Below, one piece after another: positions 29,580 through 39,478 of a stretch of DNA of 64,000 nt. The stretch's first letter is position 1; every line of letters starts with the position of its first letter. Below the pieces are notes generated by a model. The model was not told the origin of the DNA. It worked only from the letters and a program-made list of their open reading frames with translations, and searched no databases. Position numbers and translations under genes: made by a program. Source of the stretch: Candidatus Omnitrophota bacterium (GTDB lineage: Bacteria > Omnitrophota > Gorgyraeia > Gygaellales > Profunditerraquicolaceae); the NCBI GenBank assembly GCA_003598025.1, contig QZKH01000003.1, positions 439,221-503,220 of the forward strand. The letters run 5' to 3'.

Positions 29580-30075
29580 CTTTAAATTTCCTTTTTAAGG
29601 CTTTAACTCTGTGCCCCATCTTTATCTTATCTATCATAGATGCATAATCAACAATCAGTTTACCGAAAAGATGGTCAATCTCATGCTGAAAGACGCATGC
29701 AAGCAAACCCTCGGCCCTGATTTCGACCGGCTTGCCATTCTCGTCAAGCCCGTTAACGACGATATTGTTTGCCCTCTTTACCTTCAGGCATATGCCCGGC
29801 ACGCTCAAACAGCCTTCCTCGATTGCCTGGGAACCGCTCCTCTTGGTGATTTTAGGGTTTATCACTTTATATAAACCACTACCTATATCGACTATTATCA
29901 TGGCGTTAGAGATGCCCACCTGTGGCGCAGCCAAACCTATACCCGAAGAAGAATACATGAGCCTTGCCATTAAGCTCAATATCTGGCGGTGCTCTTCAGT
30001 GACCTGAGTGACTGCCTTTGCCTTGTTTCGTAAAACAGGGTCAGGATAAGTTCTAATTTTTAATTCTATTGCCAT
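29530..30075 (-). CDS. def: peptide deformylase
   Basis: [16 protein letters not shown] and HEIDHL motifs. Confidence 0.9.
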   Translation of the reverse strand: MAIELKIRTYPDPVLRNKAKAVTQVTEEHRQILSLMARLMYSSSGIGLAAPQVGISNAMIIVDIGSGLYKVINPKITKRSGSQAIEEGCLSVPGICLKVKRANNIVVNGLDENGKPVEIRAEGLLACVFQHEIDHLFGKLIVDYASMIDKIKMGHRVKALKRKFKDERMSQPETKSCKLQL

Positions 30076-30403
30076 TAATCACCTTTACTACCTTTGCTTT
30101 TAATTCTTTTGCCTTGCTGTCTTCAATAATTGTATAAGCAAGTATGATCACTTCATCACCGACACAGGCACCCCTGGCAGCAGGGCCGTTTAGGCATATA
30201 GTGCCGGAACCTGCTTTACCCTTGATAGCATAAGTTTCAAGCCGCATCCCTGAATTAAGGCTTAGGACCTCTACTTTCTCTCCTTCGATTATATCTGCGG
30301 CCTTCATAAGGTCAGCGTCAATAGTAATACTGCCTTCATAATAAAGGTTTGCCTCGGTGACTTTTACCCTGTGAATTTTAGATTTTAACATCGTGCGTAA
30401 CAT
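30053..30403 (-). CDS. panD: aspartate 1-decarboxylase
   Basis: [29 protein letters not shown]. The Gly-Ser self-cleavage site is in context. Confidence 0.9.
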   Translation of the reverse strand: MLRTMLKSKIHRVKVTEANLYYEGSITIDADLMKAADIIEGEKVEVLSLNSGMRLETYAIKGKAGSGTICLNGPAARGACVGDEVIILAYTIIEDSKAKELKAKVVKVINGNRIKN

Positions 30404-30423
30404 TTTATACTCCTTGATTTATA

Positions 30424-31479
30424 CTATTTACTGATAAGGCCGTAAGCCTTACGCGCAATCAGCAGCTCTTCGTTTGTAGGTATCACCAGTACCTTGGGTT
30501 TCTTATTCATAAAACTAAATAATCCGCTAGTTACTAATTGGCGTATTCTTTTCTGGTTTTCGCCTATTCCCGCGGTAAAAACTAAAGCATCCAACCCGCC
30601 CATAGCCGCAATATATGCGCCTATATATTTCTTTATCCTGTAGACGAAGATATCTATCGCAAGCCTTGCCCGCTTATTTCCCTGCTTAGACTTCTTTTCC
30701 AGTAAACGCATATCATTACTGATACCCGAGATGCCTTTAAGCCCGCTCCGTTTATTAAGGAGGCTGTCTGCTTCATCAGCAGATATTTTCTTTAATTTCA
30801 TTATGTATGTCACCAGGGCCGGGTCAATATCCCCGCAGCGCGTGCCCATAAGCAATCCTTCCAGCGGAGTAAAACCCATACTCGTATCAATGGACCTGCC
30901 GTTTTTTATTGCAGTTATACTGCAACCGTTGCCAAGGTGGCATGTTATTATTTTTGATTTATTTATTGGTTTCTTCATGAGCCTGGCTGCCTCATGAGCG
31001 ACATATTCATGGCTTGTGCCGTGAAAACCGTATTTCCTGATACCGTATTTGCTGTAATATTCAAGCGGTAATCCGTATGTATAAGCATAATCCGGCAATG
31101 TCTGGTGAAAAGCCGTATCAAATACCGCTACCTGCTTTATGCCGGGCAGTAATTTCTTGCAGGACATTATCCCCAAAAGATTTGCCGGGTTATGTAGTGG
31201 GGCGATCGAGGCGCATTTCTTAATCTCTTTTGTTACTTTATCGCTGATCAAAACAGGCTTGTTAAAAACCTGGGCTCCGTGTACTACGCGATGGCCGACA
31301 ACATCCACACCGTCTATCTTGGCCAATATGAGCTTTAAGCCTTCATAATGATCCTTGATTTTTGAACCCTTCTCCCCTATATGCTCAATACCGCCTTTAA
31401 AAAGTACGGCTTCGCTGGGCATGTGGAAAAGCTTGTATTTAATTGAGGAGCTTCCGGAATTAATAACCAGTATCTTCAT
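30424..31479 (-). CDS. ackA: acetate/butyrate kinase family protein (acetate-kinase-like N-terminus)
   Basis: MKILVINSGSSSIKYKLF. Start trimmed to MKIL. 351 aa is short for AckA, so substrate specificity is uncertain. Confidence 0.8.
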   Translation of the reverse strand: MKILVINSGSSSIKYKLFHMPSEAVLFKGGIEHIGEKGSKIKDHYEGLKLILAKIDGVDVVGHRVVHGAQVFNKPVLISDKVTKEIKKCASIAPLHNPANLLGIMSCKKLLPGIKQVAVFDTAFHQTLPDYAYTYGLPLEYYSKYGIRKYGFHGTSHEYVAHEAARLMKKPINKSKIITCHLGNGCSITAIKNGRSIDTSMGFTPLEGLLMGTRCGDIDPALVTYIMKLKKISADEADSLLNKRSGLKGISGISNDMRLLEKKSKQGNKRARLAIDIFVYRIKKYIGAYIAAMGGLDALVFTAGIGENQKRIRQLVTSGLFSFMNKKPKVLVIPTNEELLIARKAYGLISK

Positions 31480-31481
31480 AA

Positions 31482-32411
31482 TTACTGTGCCCTTATAGCA
31501 GTTACGGCTACGCAATCAACAACATCTTCAACGGAACAGCCGCGTGATAAATCGCTGGCAGGTTTATTCAAGCCTAAAAGCAACGGGCCCAACGCCCGGG
31601 CCTTAGCCAGCCTTTGCACCAGTTTATAACTTATATTACCGGCTTCCAGGTTCGGAAAAATTAATACATTTGCCCTGCCGCCAAGCGGGCTTTGCGGATA
31701 TTTTATCTTTGCGACCTCAGGCACTATTGCCGCATCAACCTGTAATTCTCCGTCAACCAGTAAATTTGGAGCCATCTGCTTAAGATTGCTAAGCGCTTCG
31801 CTTATCTTATCAATCGATTTTGTCCTTGCCGAGCCTTTTGTCGAATAGCTGAGCAAAGCGATCCGTGGGGTAAGCCCGAGCACTTTCTGCGCCAGTTCCG
31901 AAGCTGCCAGGCAAATACAGGCTAATTGCCGAGAATTCGGTTCAGGTACTATTCCGCAATCTGCAAAAATAAAATTCCCGTTATCGCCATATACGCAATC
32001 CGGAACCGCCATAATAAAACAGCTGGAAACTATAGTAATGCGCTCGTTTACTCCCAGACATCTTATAGCCGCTCTTGCCACATCGGGTGTGGTGTGGCTT
32101 GCCCCGGCGACAAGCCCGTCAACCCTTCCTTCCGCGGTCATCATCGCGGCATAATAAAGAGTATCGTCAAAAAGCTTCTTTACGTCATCAAGCTTAAGGT
32201 CCTTAGACTTATAATCATTATAAAACTGCTGGATGTACTTTTCCCTGGTAGATGAATCCATTTTATCTTTTGAAAGGAGTAAGACATTGGCTATTTTTTC
32301 TTTCTCAATTATCTTTACCGCTTCAACGACCCTTTTATCATTGTATTCCGGCAAGACTATCGTCTTTAATTTCTGGCCGGCTTTGCTGCGAATCTTAGAA
32401 ATAGTATCCAT
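31482..32411 (-). CDS. pta: phosphate acetyl/butyryltransferase (short-form Pta/Ptb catalytic domain)
   Basis: 309 aa. The SRGCSVEDV C-terminal motif is typical of phosphotransacylases. Confidence 0.85.
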   Translation of the reverse strand: MDTISKIRSKAGQKLKTIVLPEYNDKRVVEAVKIIEKEKIANVLLLSKDKMDSSTREKYIQQFYNDYKSKDLKLDDVKKLFDDTLYYAAMMTAEGRVDGLVAGASHTTPDVARAAIRCLGVNERITIVSSCFIMAVPDCVYGDNGNFIFADCGIVPEPNSRQLACICLAASELAQKVLGLTPRIALLSYSTKGSARTKSIDKISEALSNLKQMAPNLLVDGELQVDAAIVPEVAKIKYPQSPLGGRANVLIFPNLEAGNISYKLVQRLAKARALGPLLLGLNKPASDLSRGCSVEDVVDCVAVTAIRAQ

Positions 32412-32412
32412 T

Positions 32413-33504
32413 TTAAATCCCCCTGAGAATTCTATTTAAATCAACATTATCTTTAATAAGCCTGACTACCGCATCGATCTTCTCTTTATCGCGCGGCCTT
32501 ATTTTTACCGTTAAATCATGTATCTTTGTTGCAACATCGTAAGTATCGGATTTGGCTAATAAAACAGTTATTTGCGCTTTATGGAGCAGGTTTAAAATCG
32601 GCTGCTCTGGCAATATCCCTCCCGATAATACCAAACCGCAGACTTTTAGCCTCTTCGTCTCTTGCCCGCGGAAACAACTGAGTGCTGTCATTATCAGGTC
32701 TTCCCTGTCACCGGGAGTGATCAATAGGCTGTCATCAACCAGGTATTTGATTGCGTCATGCGGCTCCATTGCCCCGACGATGACCGAAGAAACAGCAACT
32801 TCGGCATACTCCTTGCCGCAGAGTAATTCAAAATCAGTTTCTTCAAGGATCTGCTCAATTGAAGGCCTGGATAACATGGGGTTATAAGGTATCACCCCTA
32901 AAAGGTCTATTCCGCTGCGCTGTAAACCCTTCTTTACCAGACGGCTTATCTTATCTATTTTGCTCGGAATGACTTTATTGATTATAACACCCAGAACCTT
33001 GACTCCTTCTTTTTCAAAGAGCGCCTTATTTAAAAGTATCTCGTCAATAGGCCTGCCGATACCGCCGGAAGAAACAATTATTACCTTGCATCCCAGCAAT
33101 CTGGCAACCCGTGCATTTGAATGGTCAAAAACAGAACCTACCCCGGCATGCCCGGTGCCTTCAACGATTACCAGGTTCTGCTTTCTGGAAACGCGGCCGA
33201 ATGCATCTTTGATCTGTTTTGAGATTAAATTCCTGTTTGGGTTGGCTATATACTTCTCGGTGAAACCCTTCTCAACAGCGATAGGGCTCATATCCTTAAG
33301 CCCGCTTTTTATCCCGCAGACTACCTCTACCAGTAAAGAGTCTTCGTCGATCTTCAAGCCTTCTTCTTCAAGGTACCTTTGCCCGATGGGCTTGATAAAG
33401 CTTACCCTTTTAAGCTTATCTCTAAAATTAGAGATTAAGCCTAATGAAACGGTCGTCTTGCCGTCATTCTGCTTAGTCGCGGCAATAAATACCTTCTTCA
33501 TCAA
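32413..33504 (-). CDS. stand-alone Pta N-terminal-domain-like protein (BioD/CobQ-like P-loop plus DRTGG domain)
   Basis: ATKQNDGKTTVSLGL P-loop-like motif and a DRTGG-like C-terminal half. This resembles the N-terminal about 350 aa of long-form Pta. Confidence 0.65.
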   Translation of the reverse strand: MMKKVFIAATKQNDGKTTVSLGLISNFRDKLKRVSFIKPIGQRYLEEEGLKIDEDSLLVEVVCGIKSGLKDMSPIAVEKGFTEKYIANPNRNLISKQIKDAFGRVSRKQNLVIVEGTGHAGVGSVFDHSNARVARLLGCKVIIVSSGGIGRPIDEILLNKALFEKEGVKVLGVIINKVIPSKIDKISRLVKKGLQRSGIDLLGVIPYNPMLSRPSIEQILEETDFELLCGKEYAEVAVSSVIVGAMEPHDAIKYLVDDSLLITPGDREDLIMTALSCFRGQETKRLKVCGLVLSGGILPEQPILNLLHKAQITVLLAKSDTYDVATKIHDLTVKIRPRDKEKIDAVVRLIKDNVDLNRILRGI

Positions 33505-33821
33505 AGATTCTCTTCGATCCTCTTTTTTAACTCTGTCTTATTTAAAGCGCCGACTACCTGGTCTATGATCTTTCCGCCTTTGAGAAAAACCAAGGTGGGT
33601 ATAGACATTATTCCGTAATGCGTGGCTATACCGGAAGCCTCATCAACGTTAACTTTACCGATTTTCATCTTACCTTTATACTCTTTGGCCAGTTCATCAA
33701 CTATCGGGCCGACTAATTTACAAGGCCCGCACCACTCCGCCCAGAAATCAACAAGGACGGGCAAATCCGACTCTAAAACCTCTTTTTTAAATGTAGCTTC
33801 TGTAAAATGTAAAGTCGCCAT
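33501..33821 (-). CDS. trxA: thioredoxin
   Basis: WAEWCGPCK active site. 106 aa. Confidence 0.9.
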   Translation of the reverse strand: MATLHFTEATFKKEVLESDLPVLVDFWAEWCGPCKLVGPIVDELAKEYKGKMKIGKVNVDEASGIATHYGIMSIPTLVFLKGGKIIDQVVGALNKTELKKRIEENL

Positions 33822-33908
33822 AATTTATGTTTGTTTTATTAGGTTAATAATTTGGAGAGCGTGATTAATTTATCATAAATGCAGCCTGAATGCAAGTTTT
33901 TTATAGAT

Positions 33909-33984
33909 AGGTCCGTTTCTCCCACTGACCATAGAAGTGCCCCCATGGGGGGGCACTTCTATGAGGAGCTAGAGAAACGGACCT
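33909..33984. repeat. mosaic GC-rich palindromic element, copy A: AGGTCCGTTTCTC - CACTGACCATAG - AAGTGCCCCCATGGGGGGGCACTT - ...GAGAAACGGACCT
   Basis: Read directly. 12-bp outer arms and a 15-bp inner stem. It shares three modules with copy B at 39484..39560. Confidence 0.7.
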
Positions 33985-35575
33985 AGGGCTGGATGCTTCT
34001 GGAAAATAAACCCCCTGTTAAGGCATCTAAAGAAGCTGTTAATTCCTGTAACTTTAACTCCTTATCAAACCTCTTCTTCCTATCAGTGATCTGCAACTCG
34101 TCGATCTCTTTTTTAGTCCTTATCCTTTCAAAATACAGCTTTGTCACCTGGTCAAGAATGTCTTCCCTGAGCTCTACCATTAATCTCGACCTGGCATCGA
34201 TTGAGGTTTGAACGTCATTCCATATTATATCGCTCAAATCCCAGCTTAGGCCGATGTCCCAGTTTATGCTATCCCTTCCCCTCCTGAGTATATCATCATC
34301 TGTCTTCGTAGTTGAACCTGATTCCCAATGCCAAAGATCAGTCGCATCTCTATCTATGCCTATATCAAGCTTCGGTAAAAGTGCTTTTTTGGCGGCTTTC
34401 TTCCTCCATTCTGATATCTTTTCGCTGGAAACCTCCGCATAAACAATCGCCGCCTTATGCGCCTCTTGAATCGTTGGCTCGCTCTTTAGGTACTCCTGAA
34501 ACTGCGCATTATAAACGCCGGTTTCTGTTTTCTCTTTTAAATCGGCTCTAAATAACCCGTTGTCACAAGCAGCGTATATCAATCCGCTGTTGCTGACAGC
34601 TAAATCCTTAATACTCTTGGCTATAAGCCTAAGTGAAATCTCCTGCCACCTTTCTCCAATTAATTCGAATATTCCGGAATCAGAAGAAACATAAATACCA
34701 AAATCCTGGTTTATAAATATTTTACTTATATTCCTGCTCAGCAATCCAAAATCGCTTACTTTTTGCCAGTCACTCCCTTCGTTTACGCTGATATATACCC
34801 CGTTTGAGGTAGCCATGTATATTCTATCAAGACGCCCCGAGCCAAAAGCAATATTACGTATCTCAGGAGAAAAATAATTTTCGCTTTCCTTTGCCTGCTC
34901 TTCATCCTCCGAATCTTCTTTATGCTCTGAAGATATCACAAAAGAAAATACCTTAACCCAAAGATTATCCGCTAACTTCTTTCTAAATAAACTTCCTTTA
35001 GTAGCAACAAAGATGTATTGCGAATTAGCGGTGACGGAGACAATTTCCAGCTCACCTAATTCTCCCATCTCGCTGCTCCAGCTATTGCCTTTATTATCAC
35101 TTATAAGCAGCCCTGACCTAGTGCCAAGATATAATACGCCGCCTAAAGATCCTATACCGGTACAATCCCCTTTAAGATAATCACGGTTTTTATAGATCCT
35201 CGACCATTTATTACCATTACTTTGACTAAAAAACAAGCCGCTATCCGTAGCTGCAAAAAAAAATTTAGTATTATTTATCACTGAGCTGATTGAGTTTATT
35301 TTTTTACCCCTGCCTCTGAGAATAAGAGCCTTTTCCCAGGTTGAGCCCCCATCTTGCGACCTTAAGATATAGCCCTTGCGGCCTGCCAGGATAAGATCCG
35401 GATGTACCGGCTCAGTAAACACGCAAGTATACCCGGTTTCTCCCTGAGAAATATCTTTCCAGGCTGGCTCTGCTGCTCCCACACTGCCGCAAGCAGTTAT
35501 GAGAAGCAAAGCAACTAAAACAAAAGTTTTTTGCATCATCTTGCACCTCCTGATTAGATGACGCAAAAGGTACAT
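33983..35575 (-). CDS. exported BNR/Ycf48-like beta-propeller repeat protein with a C-terminal coiled-coil region
   Basis: Signal peptide with a lipobox-like LITACGS. Repeated SxDxGxTW-like motifs (SQDGGSTW, SDNKGNSW, VNEGSDWQ). Confidence 0.6.
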   Translation of the reverse strand: MYLLRHLIRRCKMMQKTFVLVALLLITACGSVGAAEPAWKDISQGETGYTCVFTEPVHPDLILAGRKGYILRSQDGGSTWEKALILRGRGKKINSISSVINNTKFFFAATDSGLFFSQSNGNKWSRIYKNRDYLKGDCTGIGSLGGVLYLGTRSGLLISDNKGNSWSSEMGELGELEIVSVTANSQYIFVATKGSLFRKKLADNLWVKVFSFVISSEHKEDSEDEEQAKESENYFSPEIRNIAFGSGRLDRIYMATSNGVYISVNEGSDWQKVSDFGLLSRNISKIFINQDFGIYVSSDSGIFELIGERWQEISLRLIAKSIKDLAVSNSGLIYAACDNGLFRADLKEKTETGVYNAQFQEYLKSEPTIQEAHKAAIVYAEVSSEKISEWRKKAAKKALLPKLDIGIDRDATDLWHWESGSTTKTDDDILRRGRDSINWDIGLSWDLSDIIWNDVQTSIDARSRLMVELREDILDQVTKLYFERIRTKKEIDELQITDRKKRFDKELKLQELTASLDALTGGLFSRSIQP

Positions 35576-35615
35576 GAATTCTAACGAAATTTTTTGTTGA
35601 AAATTGGCGGGGGCG

Positions 35616-35855
35616 CTACTTTATGCCACCCTCAGAATGGTCATTCCTGAACTCTTCTAAGAGTTGAATGGCTTGCTCAAACTGGCTGGATTCCACCTTT
35701 ATTCTGGCTGGGACTGCTAAAGGACGTATCTGCAGGAAATTTTCTCCCTCAATTATAAAATCAATGCCTTCTGATTCTAACAGCGATTTTATAAACGCTA
35801 CATGAAAAGGATTCATAGTGACATAGACCTCTTTATATAACTTATCCGCTTCCAT
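35616..35855 (-). CDS. DUF2007-like small putative signal-transducing protein
   Basis: 79 aa. Pattern recognition only. Confidence 0.45.
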   Translation of the reverse strand: MEADKLYKEVYVTMNPFHVAFIKSLLESEGIDFIIEGENFLQIRPLAVPARIKVESSQFEQAIQLLEEFRNDHSEGGIK

Positions 35856-35860
35856 AATAT

Positions 35861-38068
35861 TTATCCTCCTGGATATAAACTAAGAAGTTCGGTTTTTATC
35901 TCTTCGTAATAAGGTAAATCTACTTTCTTGTATATTTCCTGGGCCAGCCTTAAATGCTCCCTGGCTTTGTTTTTACGCCCCTGCTGTTTATAAAGCAGGC
36001 CCAAATCGTGGTAAGCTTCCGCAAGCTCAAGCTGAGCATCAATATCTTTGCAACTGGAAATGGCTAATTTAAAATACTTCTCCGCTTCTGATAAATTGTC
36101 CATATCGACATACAATTCCCCGATCATAGTATAGGCGCATGCTATATTAGGTTTATGGCCCTGCTCTGTATCTATCTCTAAACCCTTCTGATAATAATCC
36201 ATTGCTTTCAGGTATTCTTTCTGGAATTTGTAAACTTCCCCTATATTAAAATAATAATCGCTTAATTCATGTTTTAATTTCAATTCTTTGAATAAAACAA
36301 AACTTTTATCGTAGAATTCCTTTGCAGTTGCGTAATCATCTTTATTGGTGAATAATAGCCCGAGGTTAAAATAATCACAGGCAAGGTTATATTTATGCCT
36401 GTATATATTTATCCTCTGGCGGTTTATCTCCGAACTTTTTGTTAATAATTCAAGTGCCTTATCATTATCATCCTTATCCATATACCAAACAGCCAACTTC
36501 CCCAGGACATCGGCTTCGTTAAGCTTATCGCTATTCTTCCTGCTAAGGCTCAGGGCCTTATTATAGAATTCTAAAGCCTTGGGATAATCGCCGTGCATAT
36601 GGTAGATCCATCCTATGCCGGAATATGCGCAAGCAAGCCTGTTATTATCATTTTTCTTTTCGCTTTGCATGGCATATTGAAAATAATATTTTAGGGCAAG
36701 GTCTTTCTTCCCCATTCTGCGATAAGCATCTCCCAATAGCGGATATGCAGGCAGAAAACCCGGATCGCTGCTTACAATTTTACCGCATATATCAATTACC
36801 TTTTCGTTCTTACCAGACAGGTACAATTTGGAGGAATTGCTGTATTTAGCGTAAGTTGAAGGGTTAATACTTGGCAATATCCTGATTGCGCCGACGAAAA
36901 TTAAACAGCAAGCGCCGGTAACAGCCAATGCAGAAACTGCCTTTTTGCGCTTAAAGTTAGCTATCTGCGGAGTACTGGACCTAACTGCATTTTGCGCCCC
37001 AAAAAAATTGTAGCTTGGGTCGCCATATAACACATAACTAGCCCAAGAAATATTATCCAGGCCATATTCTTTTATTAATTTCATCCTTGCTAAACGTAAA
37101 CTTTTACCTAAACTGTTTCCTGATGTTAACCCGCCGTAAAATTCACGGGCAAATCTTAAGCTTTCATTGTCTTCAATCTTTCTTATCGCTCCGATATAAT
37201 GCCTCACCCCTGAAAACAAAAAGGCCGAGCCTAATGTGTATGCCCGTTCTTGGCATTCAATATCAGAAAGGTCATTCTGCATTTGCGCTGAATGACATGC
37301 ATTTGAAAAAACTAATGATGGCAAAGGTGAACTTTCACTTAAGGCGATAATATCATCAGCAGTAAATATATTATCGCTTAATACCCAGCCTGTATCACTT
37401 ACATCGCTGGATTTTGATTCGCAATGCCCCGCGAAATGCACTATATCGTAATCACGCAGGTTTCTCTTAACATACATTGAATCAATATTAGTTGATTTAA
37501 AATCAACGCCGATCCTGCTTCTATTTTTGTCAAATTGGTTCTTAATGAAGATTCCCTCTCTATATGCCGAATCAAGATCATTCGTGGGATTAGCCAGCAC
37601 AAGCATTTTGGGTTTTTGCGAAACACTTCTGTAGCGATTAAGTCCAAGCTCATTCTTGCTCCTTACTATCCTGCCCAGGTCAAATTTTAAGCTCAGGAAA
37701 TCCTGCCCATCATACAACAATTCCCAGGGAATATTTGTTAGTTCCTCATCCATCATTATAACCAGGTTACTAGAGGCAAGGCTTTTAAGTTTTTGTTTCA
37801 CTGGCTTGCTAAAAAGGTGGTCCCATAATAGCTGCCCGCTCTTTTTCAGGGAATTTGCCAGGGATAAAGGGTTGGATTTATCCTTATACCTTCTGCTTAA
37901 AATATCAGTGATATCGCGGCAAATACCAGTTATTTGCCTCTCGTCAAAATTTAGCTGTGTATAATGCCTTACTGTCTGAGCAAAATCATCCGCCTTAAAC
38001 AAACTCATCTTCAGGCGTAAGCTGTCTTTAAAAAGCTCCAATATCCATGCCCTTGAGCTATCTTCCAT
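35861..38068 (-). CDS. CHAT-domain (caspase-like) protease with a central TM helix and C-terminal TPR repeats
   Basis: The IVHFAGHC (His) and LVFSNACHS (Cys) catalytic dyad lie in the N-terminal half. The hydrophobic segment AVSALAVTGACCLIFVGAIRIL is at about residue 380. At least 7 TPR-like repeats fill the C-terminal half. Confidence 0.8.
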   Translation of the reverse strand: MEDSSRAWILELFKDSLRLKMSLFKADDFAQTVRHYTQLNFDERQITGICRDITDILSRRYKDKSNPLSLANSLKKSGQLLWDHLFSKPVKQKLKSLASSNLVIMMDEELTNIPWELLYDGQDFLSLKFDLGRIVRSKNELGLNRYRSVSQKPKMLVLANPTNDLDSAYREGIFIKNQFDKNRSRIGVDFKSTNIDSMYVKRNLRDYDIVHFAGHCESKSSDVSDTGWVLSDNIFTADDIIALSESSPLPSLVFSNACHSAQMQNDLSDIECQERAYTLGSAFLFSGVRHYIGAIRKIEDNESLRFAREFYGGLTSGNSLGKSLRLARMKLIKEYGLDNISWASYVLYGDPSYNFFGAQNAVRSSTPQIANFKRKKAVSALAVTGACCLIFVGAIRILPSINPSTYAKYSNSSKLYLSGKNEKVIDICGKIVSSDPGFLPAYPLLGDAYRRMGKKDLALKYYFQYAMQSEKKNDNNRLACAYSGIGWIYHMHGDYPKALEFYNKALSLSRKNSDKLNEADVLGKLAVWYMDKDDNDKALELLTKSSEINRQRINIYRHKYNLACDYFNLGLLFTNKDDYATAKEFYDKSFVLFKELKLKHELSDYYFNIGEVYKFQKEYLKAMDYYQKGLEIDTEQGHKPNIACAYTMIGELYVDMDNLSEAEKYFKLAISSCKDIDAQLELAEAYHDLGLLYKQQGRKNKAREHLRLAQEIYKKVDLPYYEEIKTELLSLYPGG

Positions 38069-38782
38069 TTATACAAATTGTTTGATATCCAAAACTATCG
38101 TTGCCATTGCCTTTTCATCAGAAGTGATCTCCAGCCTATATTTTCCTAACATAACCTCCTCAAAAACAACTACCCCGGAGCTACCGATATAAGACTCAAG
38201 CGTAAGGTCATCTTTTAAAAGGGTGACTCTTAGCTCCTTAACAAGTTTTTGGGAATCCTTGTCCTTCATGGTTACCTGGACCTGAAACTTATTGTTCCTT
38301 TTATTATCGATTTTAAGCTCAACCCTGAGCCTGTCAAAATCTTTTAGTATTATTATTTCGTCCCTGAAGTTATTTATCTTACGGCTCCTTAATACAGACG
38401 CGGAGACCAGTTCCTGTCCCAGAAGGATATCCCCAGAGCTATGTAATAACTCTATGATCTGGCCGCGAAAGGCCAAGGCTATATCCATCATTAAATCCTT
38501 CAGCCCTGCGCTGGCCATGCTTTTTACTCCTTCCAGGAGTGCTGCCGGGGCATCCTTAGCCTCTGGATTTCTGAGCTTGTTCAACGTTACCAGCAATTCC
38601 AGGCAATCACTGCAATTTAAAACATGCGCCTTTAACTTCTCTTTATCATCATGGCTAAGCTTATTATCCAGAAAACAGGCCAAAGATTCTTCATCAGGAT
38701 GAGCGCTATCCTGGACTAGCTTAATTTTCTTCTTCCAATTCCTGAATATATGCTTAATAAAAAGCTCATTTTTTGCCTGCAT
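38069..38782 (-). CDS. anti-sigma factor (zf-HC2 type)
   Basis: AHVLNCSDCLELL H-x3-C-x2-C motif near the N-terminus. It sits directly downstream of the ECF sigma gene. Confidence 0.6.
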   Translation of the reverse strand: MQAKNELFIKHIFRNWKKKIKLVQDSAHPDEESLACFLDNKLSHDDKEKLKAHVLNCSDCLELLVTLNKLRNPEAKDAPAALLEGVKSMASAGLKDLMMDIALAFRGQIIELLHSSGDILLGQELVSASVLRSRKINNFRDEIIILKDFDRLRVELKIDNKRNNKFQVQVTMKDKDSQKLVKELRVTLLKDDLTLESYIGSSGVVVFEEVMLGKYRLEITSDEKAMATIVLDIKQFV

Positions 38783-38817
38783 GCGTAGTCCTTCCCATTC
38801 TATTAGACGAGATTAAT

Positions 38818-39423
38818 TCAACTTTCTAACGCAAATCCTTTAGTTTTAAAGCATTCTTTGAGCCTCTGCACGATCCTTGACTTTCTCATATCCACTGCCC
38901 CGCGGGATATGCTAAGCAACTGCCTCACCTCATCTAAGGCCAACCCCTTATTGATATTCAGCTCGATGAATAGTTTGTCATCCAAGTCAAGCAGCTCAAT
39001 ACAATCTTCTAAAGTAGATAGTTTTTCCTGTAATAAGGCTTCGTCATCTGCCAGTGGCTTATTATCGCTGATTATTTCTTTTATACTAAGCCCTGGATCA
39101 ACCTCCTCATCAATAGATATGTAGTCCTTCTGCCTTCTCAGATAATCGATTGTAAAGTTCGCCACGACAGGTTTAAGCCAGCTGGATAATGAGCATCCGT
39201 TTTTGGCTTTAAAGCTCTTTAATTTCTTAAAATTGTCTTTTCTTAAGAAGATGAATATTTCCTGAAAAATATCTCCGGAAATATCTCTATTTGGATGGTA
39301 GTTTTTGATACTTAGAACACCGTGGATGTAACTATAGATAAAGCGGGAATATTTCTCTATGAACTGAACCCAGGCAAGTTTTTCATCATTTATACATCTC
39401 TGGACAAACTCCAGATCGTTCAT
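38818..39423 (-). CDS. ECF-type RNA polymerase sigma factor (sigma-70 family)
   Basis: Region 2 (FQEIFIFL..K) and region 4 (LDEVRQLLSISRGAVDMRKSRIVQRLKE). Start set at ATG 39423 (MNDLEF). The track's N-terminal extension depends on a TTG start. A TATAAT box lies about 8 nt upstream. Confidence 0.75.
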   Translation of the reverse strand: MNDLEFVQRCINDEKLAWVQFIEKYSRFIYSYIHGVLSIKNYHPNRDISGDIFQEIFIFLRKDNFKKLKSFKAKNGCSLSSWLKPVVANFTIDYLRRQKDYISIDEEVDPGLSIKEIISDNKPLADDEALLQEKLSTLEDCIELLDLDDKLFIELNINKGLALDEVRQLLSISRGAVDMRKSRIVQRLKECFKTKGFALES

Positions 39424-39478
39424 GTAGTTAATTATACTACAACCTAGCCAAAAACACAATAACCCTATTCCCTCATAC

